From Camelus ferus (Eukaryota): a stretch of DNA of 64,000 nt. The stretch is taken from the NCBI RefSeq assembly GCF_009834535.1, contig NC_045697.1, positions 13,456,001 through 13,520,000 of the forward strand. The letters are read 5' to 3'. Below are positions 37,024 through 49,300 of this stretch, in pieces (position 1 is the stretch's first letter; every line of letters begins with the position of its first letter). Both the position numbers and the translations under genes were made by a program. Under the pieces are notes generated by a model. That model saw only the letters and a list, made by a program, of their open reading frames with translations. It searched no databases and had not been told where the DNA came from.

Positions 37024-39359
37024 GTTTCAGTCTCATTCACATAAAAAGCAATATTCTTACGGTGGTCTTCAAAGACCTACCCAGTAAGGACTCTGGTTAC
37101 TTCTCTGGTGATCTGATCTTCTACCAGCTTCCACTACCTCACTACACTCCAGCCATCCTTCAAAGCTGCAAAGCCTCAATGTTCATCATCTTCTCTTTCT
37201 ATAATCCTTTTCCCATACAGATATTTATATATCTATGTGACTTGAGCCTTCTTTTAATCTCTGTTTAAGTAGAAGATTCTGAGTGATGCCCTCCCCAGAA
37301 GCCATGTACATATATATGTACATATATAAAATTTGATGTATCTGTCTCTTCTCACTGGAAAGAAAGAGCCAAAGAGTAAGGATTTCTGACTGTTTTGCTT
37401 ACTGCTGCACCTGTAGTTTCTAGAATAGTTCTTGGAACATTGAGGAAGCTCAAAACTTTTTTTTTTTTTTTTAATGAAGGGACATATGCTATATGTGTTT
37501 AACTTTCAATAGTAGCTTTATTCCATCCTATTGCAGCAACTTAGGGTTTTGCCCACTTAAGTCACTTTGACTTCCTTAAAGAAGTCTTTGTGGAATGGGC
37601 GCTCACGCCCCGCCTACTCGATCATACTCCGGGAACAACTCTTGGTACATTCAGCATTCAGAAGAGTGGCTCGTTCTGAACACATAATGGTTGAACTATC
37701 GACGATGACAAAATAAGATCTCATTAGGAAGCAAACGTGGCAGTAAAAGGTAATAAATTCACTCTCCAACACCTCCTCGGAATTTGAAGAATCCAAATAA
37801 TTGAAATAATTGCTTTGTAGTATTTTAAGGTTTTGAGGTCTATAAGCCTATTTCCCGGGATTTATATGTACATTAATTTAAATCAGGCTAAATGTTATAA
37901 GCTCAGAAGCCATGCGTTGAAGACCTTTAGTTTCACTTGACCTTCAGTCCAGTTCTCTGTCTATTCACCTACTGCTTCCAGCAAACAAATCAGAGCCTTG
38001 ACAGGTGATCGCTCACTTTGAGCCTTCATTTACAAGGCCCTCCTAAGATTTCTCACAAGCCTGGCTTCATTTAAAACCACAAGATATAAAGAAGTTGTTG
38101 AATTGCCAAAATCACCATGGATGTTAGTCATTATTAAGAATTATAAATTTCTCGGTTGATTAATTCAAATTCTATTGTGTTTGGTGCTGATTATTTTTCA
38201 GAGCTATGCTGTCAATACACCATTGTTGGAAACATGTTCATTAGTTAACTTATTGATGCTGCAGCTGGACTACGGAATACACAATGAAGTTTTCCAAAGG
38301 CATCTCTGCCTGGATGAAAACTGGCCCTTGTTGTTATGATTTCAGCACTACACGTTAGAAAATAAGGGAAAGCTTCTACTGTAAATATGATACTGAAGAC
38401 AAAGTCATTGGGCTCTTAGCAACAGCAGTAGCTGAATCCAGGAAATGCATCCTACATTTTATCTGCAGATCAGCATAGAACAGCACTGATCCACTGGTGA
38501 AAGTTTACAGCAGTGCAGAGGCAGCAGCAGGAAAAAAAGGTGACCTTGCAAGGGATGCCATTCAAAATTGGTTTCAAGGATGTCCAAGAACGCAGGAACC
38601 TGCTGGTGGGTCGCTTCTCCTGGTATCAGGAGATGATTATTCACTTGGCAGCAAATTCTAGGAACTGTTTCATATTCAGTAGGTCAAGATGCTCCTGGAT
38701 CCTGCATTGATTATAATAATTACAATTCTGTTAACCTTTATCGAGGACTTACTCTGTGCCTGAACAATCACTGAATCTAGGTACTATGTCATTAATCCTA
38801 AAACATGACCAGACCCTTTAACCGTTCCTTCTAATGTATATTAATCTACCCATATCCAACCATTCACTACAGCCAGGGGCCAGCATTGTTTTTCACCTGA
38901 AGCCATTCAATAGTATCCGAGTAGCTCTCCCTGCTTCCATTCCTGTACCACAATCAGTTCTCTGTATAGGAGAGACATTGATCTTTTTATACGGTCATAT
39001 AGATACATCATGTGTGACACCTGCCTACTCTACTAGTTTAATTTCATACCATGTCGCTCTTCAATTTCTATGTACCAGTTGCATTAATCTTTGTGTTTGT
39101 ATGTGTGTTTCCTCAAATATACCTTGTCCTGTCATGACTTACAGACACTTTCCTATATAGTAGGCATATTTTTCATTCGTGTTCTCTCCCATGTTACCTG
39201 GCACACTCCTGTTCTTTATTTCCCCAAGTCTCATTCTTCCTGTTAGACACTTCCTTAACCGATTCCTCTCTTTCCTAGCATTTATTGCAATTGAATGTGG
39301 ACAGTCCATTATACAATTATTTTGTTTCCATCTCTGATGCACCAGATACTAACCTTCAT

Positions 39360-39494
39360 TTAAAAAACATTTTTTAAATTTTTTTAATGGAGGGAGGTAA
39401 TTAGGTTTATTTATTTAGTAGAGGTACTGGGAATTGAACTCAGGACCTCATGCATGCTAGGCATGCACTCTACCACTGAGCTAAACCCCCCCCC
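39360..39494 (-). mobile_element. tRNA-Ala-derived SINE (Vic-1-like), long-tail form
   Basis: GGTACTGGGAATTGAACTCAGGACCTCATGCATGCTAGGCATGCACTCTACCACTGAGCTA, with GGAGGTAATTAGGTTTATTTATTT as a tail extension similar to the 6398 copy. Confidence 0.88.
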
Positions 39495-41062
39495 ATAACT
39501 CTCATAAGGGCAGGGACCACATCTTTTTGTTATTATTTTTAACATCTTCAGTAAGGTAGGGCTTGAACTAAATTAGCACTAAACATAAGTTTCTGAATGC
39601 ATCAATGGACTTTTATGCCTATAATAGTTGGGAAAGTTGACAGTTTGAATGAGAAGCAGTACTTTGACAGAGAAGATACCATATATACAAAATAGGCTAA
39701 GGGCAATATCTGAGAAGCACACTCTGCATAATATTAGGGTCAATATTAGATGAAAGTCATGCTCCAAAAAGAGAGTGACCATGAGAAATGGCAGACAGAT
39801 CTCCAGAAACTTACAAGCAAGACCGAGAGTCATTCCACATATATAAGCAAGTGTAGCATCAATTAACTTTAAAGGGAGAAATGTTTCCTTTTCTCTAATT
39901 CAAAAAAAAAATAGACATACAAGACAAATATTAATGATTGTCCACACTGACTTGGATTTTCTGAGGCACTGGGCTCTGTCATATGCTCAGTTTTCCCTAA
40001 TATGTGTTCCTTCCTCAGCTGAATACGCTGCTCTCCTTGTTGTTTTTGGACTTGCCTCCCTGATATTTCAATCTCAGTCTCCTCTCTAGTGCACTGGGTT
40101 TTCCCAGTCTTGTGTCCTTAGTCTTCTTCCTTTTCACATTTCCTACTCACCTCATCTGATCTTCTACATCGACAGGAACTTTATCACTGAAAACATAGAG
40201 CTAAAAAATCATACTTTCTTCTTTCTTTCAGATCAGCATCTCAGACTCATTCTATCCTACTCAAAGTATCTGCCAAATGCCCATGGATATTTAATGTATT
40301 ATTTTAATGTATTTAATGTATCATAAATAAATTGACATTTAATGTATTTTCCATTGGGTCAGCAACCTGGAACAAAATCAAGAAGATCTTGGCCTTCATT
40401 GAATTTATGGAAGAACACAAGAAAAACTGTAAGCCAATAAATAAAAGAAATCAATTAAAAATCAGATAAATTATGATTATGAAGAAAAATGCATAATATG
40501 TTATGAGAAAGGAAAACACAGGAGACACAGATTTAATTGGGGTCAAAGATGATCTTTCTGATAAAGAGGATTCTCAGCTGATTCCTGAGGGCCAGTATCT
40601 TTTAGGCATGCTGAGAATATACAGAAGGGAATTCTAGCCCAAGGACGAGAAAGGAGCTGTGTGTTGGAGGATGAATGAGTTGTTAGGCTATGAAGAAAAA
40701 CCCTAAAAGACCACTGGTTCACAAAATCTCTAGACATTAGGTAGTTAAACTGGAGCATCTGAGATGGCACATAAAGGAGAAAGGATGCTTTATGACTAAG
40801 AAAGGGCAATGACCCTCCAAGAGTTGTGGCATCTCCAGGGTCCAAAATGAAATGTGGGGATCCGAATACGGACAAATCTAACGCTGTGGAGATGGCGGGA
40901 ACTTTGATGGGGATGACAGGCAGTTGCCTGTGTGGACGGGCAATAATTGCTACAGCCTTGGAAGATGTATTGACATTTCCTGTATGTAGTTCAGCTTGAT
41001 ACTGAGGGGTTGGGACTACCAAAAAATCTGTTCAAATATTTTCTGGGAAAGGATTACCATTA

Positions 41063-41288
41063 CAGTGGTCAGCAAACTACAGTCCTTGAGCCACATCCAG
41101 CCCACGGCCTGTTTGTTTTTACGTGTAGTCTTAGTGAGAGCAGTTACACTCGTTTGAATTTCCTACAGCTGCCTACCTGCTACAATAGAAGAATTGAATT
41201 GTTGCAACAGATGCAAGCTGTGTGGCTCATAAAGCCTAAAGTGTTCATTATCTGGTTCTTTTCAGAAATTAAGTTTCCTGAGCCATCC
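41063..41288. mobile_element. MER58-like hAT-Charlie MITE
   Basis: CAGTGGTCAGCAAACTACAGTCC, CCAGCCCACGGCCTGTTT and AAAGCCTAAAGTGTTCATTATCTGGTTCTTTTCAGAAA. Confidence 0.8.
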
Positions 41289-43780
41289 TTTAATTATGCT
41301 TTCTGTGTCTTCTGTCTGGATTGTCCTTTATGTCATCTTTTTGACCCGTAGAACCTTAATCATCCTTTAACACACAGCCCAAGTGTCACCTTAGCTGAAA
41401 AGACTTATCAAAATCTATCTTAACTCCCATAGCCCAGCATTGATCACTCCTATCATTTCTTGCAATGCACTTATCTCACAGTATTATAATTATTATATAT
41501 CTGTGTCCTGAAATAGCTCTGAGTATTTTGAGGCCAGATTCTGCATCTCATTCACTTCTATATATCTCACTTGTCTTAAGGTATGTCAGGTACGTAGCAG
41601 GGTACAATAAGTATTTGACTGGGTAAGGGAAAGTATCAATGTTAAATAGATCCAAGATTCTTCATTTGAAAGATGTATTTTTCCTCCTTGGCTCTGTCAG
41701 AGTTTAATTGTAAGTTAACATTATCCTGCACTCACAGGTCTTTTGCAAAATGTTTTGTAACAGTTTGTTTCAAAGAGCATAGGAGTCGACTGACTCTAAT
41801 AACACAAATGACCAGGGTGATTTTCAAAGGGAAAATTTGTTTTTGTTAGTCTTGTGAGCTGAATCATTTGGATATTTTTACATTTCCATAAAATACGAAT
41901 ATATTCACTAATGTAATCCAGCAGTCCTCCTCCAGACATGCAATTAAAGTCCCCTCCCATCTCACCCACCATTTATCAGAAACTTACTGGCCCTGAAGGT
42001 CATCAGAATTTAGCTCCAACAGAATACAAAGAAAGCAGATGTCCCTTTGTAGAGAATTACCCATATAAATTTTTCTGAGCAACGAATTAACAGAAAGCAT
42101 TGTAATAACTCACAAATAGTGCTCAGTTGGAAGGTGGTTTTCAAGATAACTATTAAGAAAAAGGGATTTCAACCATAAATGTTCATTTAATTTTCTATTG
42201 ATGGGTATCCACCAATCAACATGTGCCAGCATCATCAGAATATATTTATTGCATTTCTGTATTTGGAATAACATAATTTTTATGCTTAGCATCAATGAGA
42301 CACTAAGGAATTTCTCATAATAACTGTAGAAAAGTGGTAAAAGAGACGATCCCTATAGATTTTTAAGAAGAAGGCTATGTCTCCCTAGGTGACAACAGGG
42401 ACTCTAAACAGTGACCTTAAAGAATTAGTCAAGAACAAACAAAACAATCAGAAGTTTCTTTGAGATAGTAGATTCTGAGTATAATGAATTCAGTCATCTA
42501 TTTTCCTTGAAATGGGTCTTTAAGTATTTGTAAGATAAATGGGCAAAAACATAAAGCAAAAAGAGATATGAAGCAAAGCCTCCTAGGGGGTAATTATTTT
42601 TGAAACTTCATGTAGCATGTTTTTAATCATTCACACACATCATTAATCATGTATGGTCTTGTTCATGTACCCATTTCTCCTCATTCTAGGACAGGTGGCT
42701 GAAAGCAGAGTAATGGTCCCAGTGCTGATTCTCTTCCCTGTCTTTGTTTCTCTTCCCAGAGCTAGACTTCCCAGTTAGCTGGGTGCACTCTCAGACTCAG
42801 GCTTTGCCCAGAGACTGATTAAGACAGATTAAGACCTTATTATACTCATCATAATCTTTCTCTCCCACCATGGCTGCTCTTGCTCTGTTTCTCCTGCCCT
42901 CTGTGCCTCTAAACTAAGCTTTCTTATTGTGCTGCTTGCCAGAACTCCTCTCAGAATAACATTTCTCCTTTGATTACCAATTTTGAAAAGAATTTTTGGA
43001 CTTCTTAATTTGGTCAAGGACTCCACTCTTGGTGGGATAGTTTCAATGACCTATTGTTTACATACCTCTGTAATGTTGGTGATTACGCTGACTGCCTTGT
43101 TTGTACCACCCAAGTCTAACAATGCTGTGGTCTGTCTTCCCATCAACTGCCATGTCTATCCATCTTGACTTTTAATGTGTGCTCTGATGGCATGATCATT
43201 CTATGTGGTAGAGATAATCAGCTCCATTTATTCAATGCAGAAACTGAGGCTTAGAGAAGTTAAGTGACATTTCCAAAGTCATCACCCAATAATTAGTTGT
43301 CAATGTCAGCATCCAAACTCAGATATAATTTGAAAACATCAATGAGCTGCCCCCATTAGAAATGGTAGCTTTTGTATGAAAGTCTGAATTCTTTTGAATT
43401 ATTAGAACTTCAAAATATATCATGAACTTGCAATAGCCAATTAACCAAACAGAGAGCACCCATGATGTATCTCTACAGTGGCAGGTCTACGTAAGGTGGT
43501 TTGAGGATATAGAGAATTTTCATAAGACACAGCAACTTCCTTTGAGAAGCTTGGGATTTTATTGAAAAGAAAAAACAAGGGTATAAGCAACATTTTGAGA
43601 ATCTTCTAAGAGGGTGTAATCAGGTGCTAAACTATTTGGAAGGAAAAAAAAAAACAAGTGATCATCAAAAACAGGAAGTAGAAGAGGAAGTGAATACTAG
43701 CCTAAATATCCATGAAAGTCACATGAAGGGGATGACCCAAGAGAGGGATGTTGGTCTGGCTGTTAGTGCAGAGTTGCCTG

Positions 43781-44150
43781 GTAGATTAGTCTGGTTCCTT
43801 TGGAAGCTGAAGTGAAGACACTGAGACAAGGAGTTAACCTCCATGGGTTTATTTGAGAGCAGATTCTAGAAAGTATGATGGAGAAATGGGAAAATGAGGT
43901 GGGGAAAGGGAGATAGGTAGAGTGAAAAAGTGATAACCACTCAATACATGGCAAATTAACAAGTTACTACTGTGGACAACTGGTTCAATCCCATTGGGTA
44001 GTCTGGAAGACTGCCCAGAATATCTCCCAGTTACCTCAACTGAGGGTTGAGGAGTTGAGAAGTTTATACACAAATTCCCCATCTGTTATTAGCCAAGGTC
44101 TGTTCTGAGAGGCATTAACTCTTCAGCACTCTTGGTTGCCTATACACAAG
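43781..44150 (-). mobile_element. Old ERVL-type LTR (LTR16-like), degraded
   Basis: GACACTGAGACAAGGAG, GGGTTTATTTGAGAG, TTACTACTGTGGACAACTGGTTCAATCCCATTGGG and GGCATTAACTC. Confidence 0.55.
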
Positions 44151-45019
44151 TGGAATTTTCTCCCTCAGCCAGAAAAAAAATGTGTTCTTTTGGTAGAGAT
44201 TTCCAGATGTTAAAAATATCAGCCTTTAGTGTGTGAAGAGGAGTGCTGTGAGAATATGGATGGGTCACTGATGGGGTCAGCAATAGAAGGGTCAGCAGAC
44301 AAAGATTTGGGGAAAAGGGAGCAGAAAAGAAACGTATTTTCAGGTGACTGAAATACACGTATGCATGTGGAGGTGAAGCTACTCAAACTACTCACTCCTG
44401 TTTTATATCATTTTATAATGCATAAATCACTTTCACATATGAAATGCCATTAAATAGAATAGTTTATATGGGACTGTGAGAAGGCCGGCAGGGGAATAAA
44501 TCTCAGGGGGCTTATTGAAGAGCAATAAGAATTGAAGATAAATATGTCTGTGTTTTAGATACCCTGAAAGGTAGCTGGCCATTTGTCTTTCTTACAACAG
44601 AGAAAAGGGTGGCACTGGGGGATTCGAACAGGGAAATGCTGTGATAAATACAGCATTTCAGAAACGTTTTCTGAAAACCATGTAACCAACCATTCATTTG
44701 TTGCAGAAATGTTTATTGATCATCCTCCATACGCCATATACCGAGGAAGGATGAAGCTGAATATGATGTAAGGGTTGTATATGCAGACAGACAACAGCAT
44801 GACTATTGGGGTGGGTTAAAAAAAAGAGGCCATTATGGCACAAATAAGGGGGGATTGATTGGTGGCAAGATAAACTGGCCTTCAGAAAGTAGATAGAGAG
44901 TGCTTCTGCAGTAACTCCAATGAGAGTGCTGCGACTTACTCAGGTAAGAAAGTACCCTTAAGAATGGGAAGAAAAGGATGGCAAGGGTAGCAGACATTGC
45001 CAGGTGCCAACTCAAGCAG

Positions 45020-45210
45020 GCTTGCTAGCAGAATCCTGGTTTGTTTGGGTTGTAACATGGCCAGTCCCAAAGATGAAAGCATGATCTATTTAAGTCAGTC
45101 AGAACAACTCCATTCCCTTTGCCTGATATGTCCAGCCTCCCTTGAAGTTAGAGGAGGCTATGTGGGCTAATTATGGCCAAAGAGATAGTTGCAGAAATAT
45201 GATGGGGGAG
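45020..45210 (+). mobile_element. MLT1 (J/H-type) LTR fragment
   Basis: CCAGCCTCCCTTGAAGTTAGAGGAGGCTATGTGGGCTAATTATGGCCAAAGAGAT. Confidence 0.55.
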
Positions 45211-45774
45211 AGTGTGGTTCTCTTTGATAAAAGTAAAGATGAATTAGATATTAGATAACTGATACCTTGCAACAGATAATTGAGAGCCTAAAAAGATTCT
45301 GGCTAGAAAAATAACCTAAAATTTGTCAGATAAAATTAAACATCAGGAAAATATAAGCTTTTGTACCTAGGATCATTAAATAACCCCTCAAATAGTGGAG
45401 CTAGAAATTATGGTTCAATAGCAGTTGATGTGAAAATGACATGAGATTTAAAACATGACTCTAAAACTCAACATAATTTAAATTAAAATATTTATTAATT
45501 TATTCAGTAACTTATTTATCCAGACCTCATACTAGATAATGGGCACAGATGCACAAAAAATGAGATACTTGAAGAGCTTAAAATGTGTTGAATGAAGGTG
45601 AATAAGAAAATTACTGATTACATTATGGTTGACAAATATTTTAATCATACTGTAGTTTAAAGGTATATATGACACCTTTCCTTCAGTAGGTAAAACATGC
45701 TCTGACAAGCTTAGCAGCTATTAAGATATAATAAAAATTCGCTATTTGAAGAGCAAAAGACTAATATTAAATAT

Positions 45775-46570
45775 TCTTCATTCATTAATTCTAAAAAATG
45801 TTAGTAAACACCTACTGTGTGCTAGGTACTCTGTCTCACCATGGGGCATTACGCTACTTAGAGGTCAAGAATAAGAGAAGGCATTGTAAGTTAGGGGTGA
45901 TCTTCTCTCAAGGGTATTTTAGAGCTAATTAAAGAGCAATTCAAGATGAAAAGCTTTATCAACAATGTTTTGTGTTAGTTTGAGAGATTGATTAAGAAAA
46001 GAAATGAGAGTTGACCACTGGATTTGGCAAGCTGGTAGTAATCGGAAATTTTGTTGATTTAGCAGACTGATGGGAATTAAGGAATAACAGAAGAAAATTG
46101 GAGGTAAGAAATTGAAGGAAGCCAGCACAGGAAAATGCTATGTGAAGTTTATATATAAAATGCACTGAGAGATGAAGATATGCCTGGAGAGACAGCTGAT
46201 CTGGAAAAATTCTTCAAAATAGACGATATTATAGCACATGTATATATGGAGAGGAACAATCTAATAGAGAGGGTGAATTTGATGTTGAAAGAGGGATAAA
46301 GAATCAGTTTAAGGATAACAAGGTCTGGATAGGTCAGATGACATGACAGGACAGTTCTTGCCTACACATGTAGTGGAAGCTCTTCTAATGGAAACTAATA
46401 TAGCCTATGTGAGCACTTGTAAAAGTGGGTTTGTAGCATTGGTGGAAGGATAAATATGTAATCTTCTAAGAGCTATTTTCTCAGTGGAGTAAGAAGCAGG
46501 TTGTCTTCCGGGCTGAGGAAGTAGAGTGGAAGTGTTTAAAGTTTGAGGAGAAAGAAAATACTTAAAAGAG
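45775..46570 (-). mobile_element. L2 fragments
   Basis: TTCATTCATT...CACCTACTGTGTGCTAGGTACT (L2 tail) and GAGAGTTGACCACTGGATTTGGCAA. Confidence 0.6.
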
Positions 46571-46573
46571 CAT

Positions 46574-46840
46574 TGTATCCATGAGGATATGCCATGTGTT
46601 GCCGAAATAACAAGCAAACCTCAGGAATCAGTGGTTTAACCCACAATGTATTTTTCACTCATGCTGAAGAACCAACCAACGTCAGTTAGCAGGGAGTCCC
46701 TTCACATTGTAGTCACCCAAAGACCAAGATCAACAGAGAATTCATCTTTCTTTATTCATTGCTACAATAACACTGACACAATAAGAAGAGAATGCGTTCC
46801 TCTGTGCCCTGGCTTTAAAACCTTCTGCCTGTGCTGATTG
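46574..46840 (-). mobile_element. Old MLT1 (K/L-type) LTR fragment
   Basis: AATAACAAGCAAACCTCAGGAATCAGTGGTTTAAC, TATTTTTCACTCATGCT and GGCTTTAAAACCTTCTGCC. Confidence 0.55.
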
Positions 46841-48942
46841 CCATGTGGGTTACAAAATAAGTATGGTTATGTAATATAATATGCCTATTTAACTTGCACA
46901 AACTCCACTATGTGTTCTTGGTTGAATGTCATTCAAGAGTGTTGACTGCAATGTACAGCCATCATAGAATAGATACAATCAACGCGTTTTCGCCAACCTA
47001 TAACAAATATCTCCATGCCATTTTCCTGATCACTAATACTGTTCACACTTTGTAGGTATTTGATATTTTCAATTGAAATTTTGGATTGATTTTTCACTCT
47101 AAACTTTGATTTTAGAATCTATTCTGGAGTTAAAATATAATTGAACCTAAGTCCCTCTACCTTGAGCTAATAATGGTCTAGATCGCAATATTATTTGATC
47201 AAAATATTTAATTCAGAAAATCTTCAAAAGAACATTAGTGACAAGCAGTTAATTTAAAAGCTAGAGTTTTCCTTCTCAAATAGCATATTTTATTTATTTC
47301 TACATCCAAATTCTTACTACTGGGCTGGCTGCTCACCGAGTTCCTCATAGATTTCGAATTCCACGAGATTAGAAGAAAATAATTTGTGTATCCACTAAAG
47401 GGTAAAATATAATCTACTGGTCTCTACCAGCAGCAAACCACGGCAGACTTAGGGCCTGTTGTCAGTATGGAGTATTTCAATTAAAGGAAAGAGTATTTCT
47501 TAGAGAAATGTGTTCTTATATCAGAGAGAACTCAAAACTCAAAGTGAATAGCTTTAGGAATTGGCTTTCAAGTAGAGAAACAGAGACAAGTGTATATGGC
47601 CTATAACTCAATGAGGAAGGAGAATGGGAACCACCTAAATCATTTCACATGATTTTTATATCATAGAGGGAATACATTTTAAAAAGGTGATCCATGTATA
47701 CAGAAAACACATACACAATGACAATTTTTTTTTTTTTTTTTTTTGCCAGGTTAATCAGTAAGTCACTGAGCACAGAGATTAATCTCTCATGGGAAATATT
47801 GGAAACTCAGTTACCTGAACAAGTTAAAACTGAACCAACCTCAGTGACATTTTACATCAGCCAGCAAACAGGGCTCAGATAGGAAGGCGTAGCCAGTGGA
47901 TTATTTCGTGATTCACATACCACTGCCTCTATGAAGTGAATCCACAGAGACAAAAGCACTGTGGTCCCAAATATTATCTATTTGACTATTTCAAATAAAG
48001 GATTCTTTTCCTCACCTTCTCAGGGTAGGAAGAGATTCTGTGAAAATAAACAAAGAAAGGATAGTGCTTACAGATATGATGGCATCTGTAACCAAACAGA
48101 GTGGGAGAAAACCCCGTGTGTGTGAACAGACTTTCAAGTAATTGGTAGGAGAACATAGCTGGTAAGTGATAAAAAATAATACTAGGAAGGTAAGTAAAAA
48201 TCCTTGAACTGAATTTACTCCAATTGCTGAAAGAACCTTGTATTATAAAGCCAAGGTCAAAAGCAAATTGAAGAAATGAATGTTTCCTGTTTAAGTTCAT
48301 CAGTAAAAGCATCAAACCTGGGCGTAGTCTTTGGGAAGCTAGAGCCAGTCAGCTAGAATGCCTGCCTACATTGATCAGACCAATCAAATGATGGCTTCAC
48401 TGGCTCAGCTCTGTCTCCCTGACAGTAGAAGAATGCTGAGGGAGACTATCACAGCTCTTCAGACAATGCTTTAAAGAGTCCCAAGTATTTACTATATTGT
48501 CCTCTTGATCAGTATGTGTGATGAGCCCCCCAGCCTCTGAGCCCTGATGAGTGTCCTGTCACACAGTCATGTTCTTTCACCACCAGCCCTGCTCTTCCTT
48601 CTGTTAGAAACCAGCTGCATCTTAATCTACTTAAGAGAAAAAAATAATGTTGGGGTTAAGAATAAAGTTTTAAATTCTATATACCCGATAACTCATATTT
48701 CTATATTTTGAAGAGACTCTGTGCCCTGCCTGTTTTCTTGATGCCACCACAATGCTTTAGAACAACACAAAAATGTATTTTTAAAAAGTGAAACCAAGAG
48801 ATCAAATAAATTGAAATAATAAAAATTTGAATAGTATAGTAAGTTGCTACTGAGGACAGCCTAATGCTACAAGGGGAATGACATCACCTTCACTACTCAG
48901 GATGCAGGTTATTGTTCCACAGCTTGAAGCCTACCACACACT

Positions 48943-49300
48943 TTCTTAGTCTGTCTGGCATGCTATAACAGAAATACAAAAGACCGTCTGGCTTTGACAT
49001 TTATTTCTTATTGTTCTGGAGGCTGGAAAGTCCCAGATCGAAGTGCTGGAAAATGAGGTCGCTGGTGAGAGCCTGCTTCCTGGTTCATAGACAACCACCT
49101 TCTCACTGTGTCCTCATGTGGCAGAAGGGTGTGGGCTCTCCCTGGGGTCTCTTTCAAAAAGGGCACTAACCTCATTCATGAGCGGTCTGGCCTCATGACC
49201 TAATCAATTCTCAAAGGCCCCACCTCCTAACATCATCACACTGGGGGCTAGAATGTGAGCATAAAAATCTGGGGAGACAACAAAGATTCAGTCTATAACA
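48943..49300 (-). mobile_element. MLT1A-like LTR
   Basis: TCTTAGTCTG, GTTCTGGAGGCTGGAAAGTCCCAGATC, CCTCATGACCTAATCA, AAAGGCCCCACCTCCTAACATCATCACA and ATTCAGTCTATAACA. Confidence 0.88.

Larger units (their letters stand above)
35280..37480 (+). mobile_element. Long degraded L2, interrupted by a Vic-1-like SINE and an MLT1 LTR
   Basis: Pyrimidine-rich L2 segments: CAGCCAAAGTCCTTGAAAGAATTG, TCAGTCCTCATCTAACCTGACCTGTCAGCATCATTT, TAAGTCAGATCATGACTCC, and a tail near TAGAATAGTTCTTGGAACA. Confidence 0.7.

Noticed and set aside
37304..37323. 20-bp palindrome ATGTACATATATATGTACAT
   Set aside because: It derives from a low-complexity TA repeat, which is inherently self-complementary.
38459..38710. 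Exon-like stretch after TCTGCAG
   Set aside because: Stops occur in all three frames shortly after the putative acceptor, and no protein is recognisable.
40289..40350. Repeated TTTAATGTAT units
   Set aside because: AT-rich slippage repeat with no further structure.
40543..41022. 159-aa ORF, the longest in the window
   Set aside because: Non-ATG start, part of it overlaps L2-like sequence, and it has no recognisable domain.
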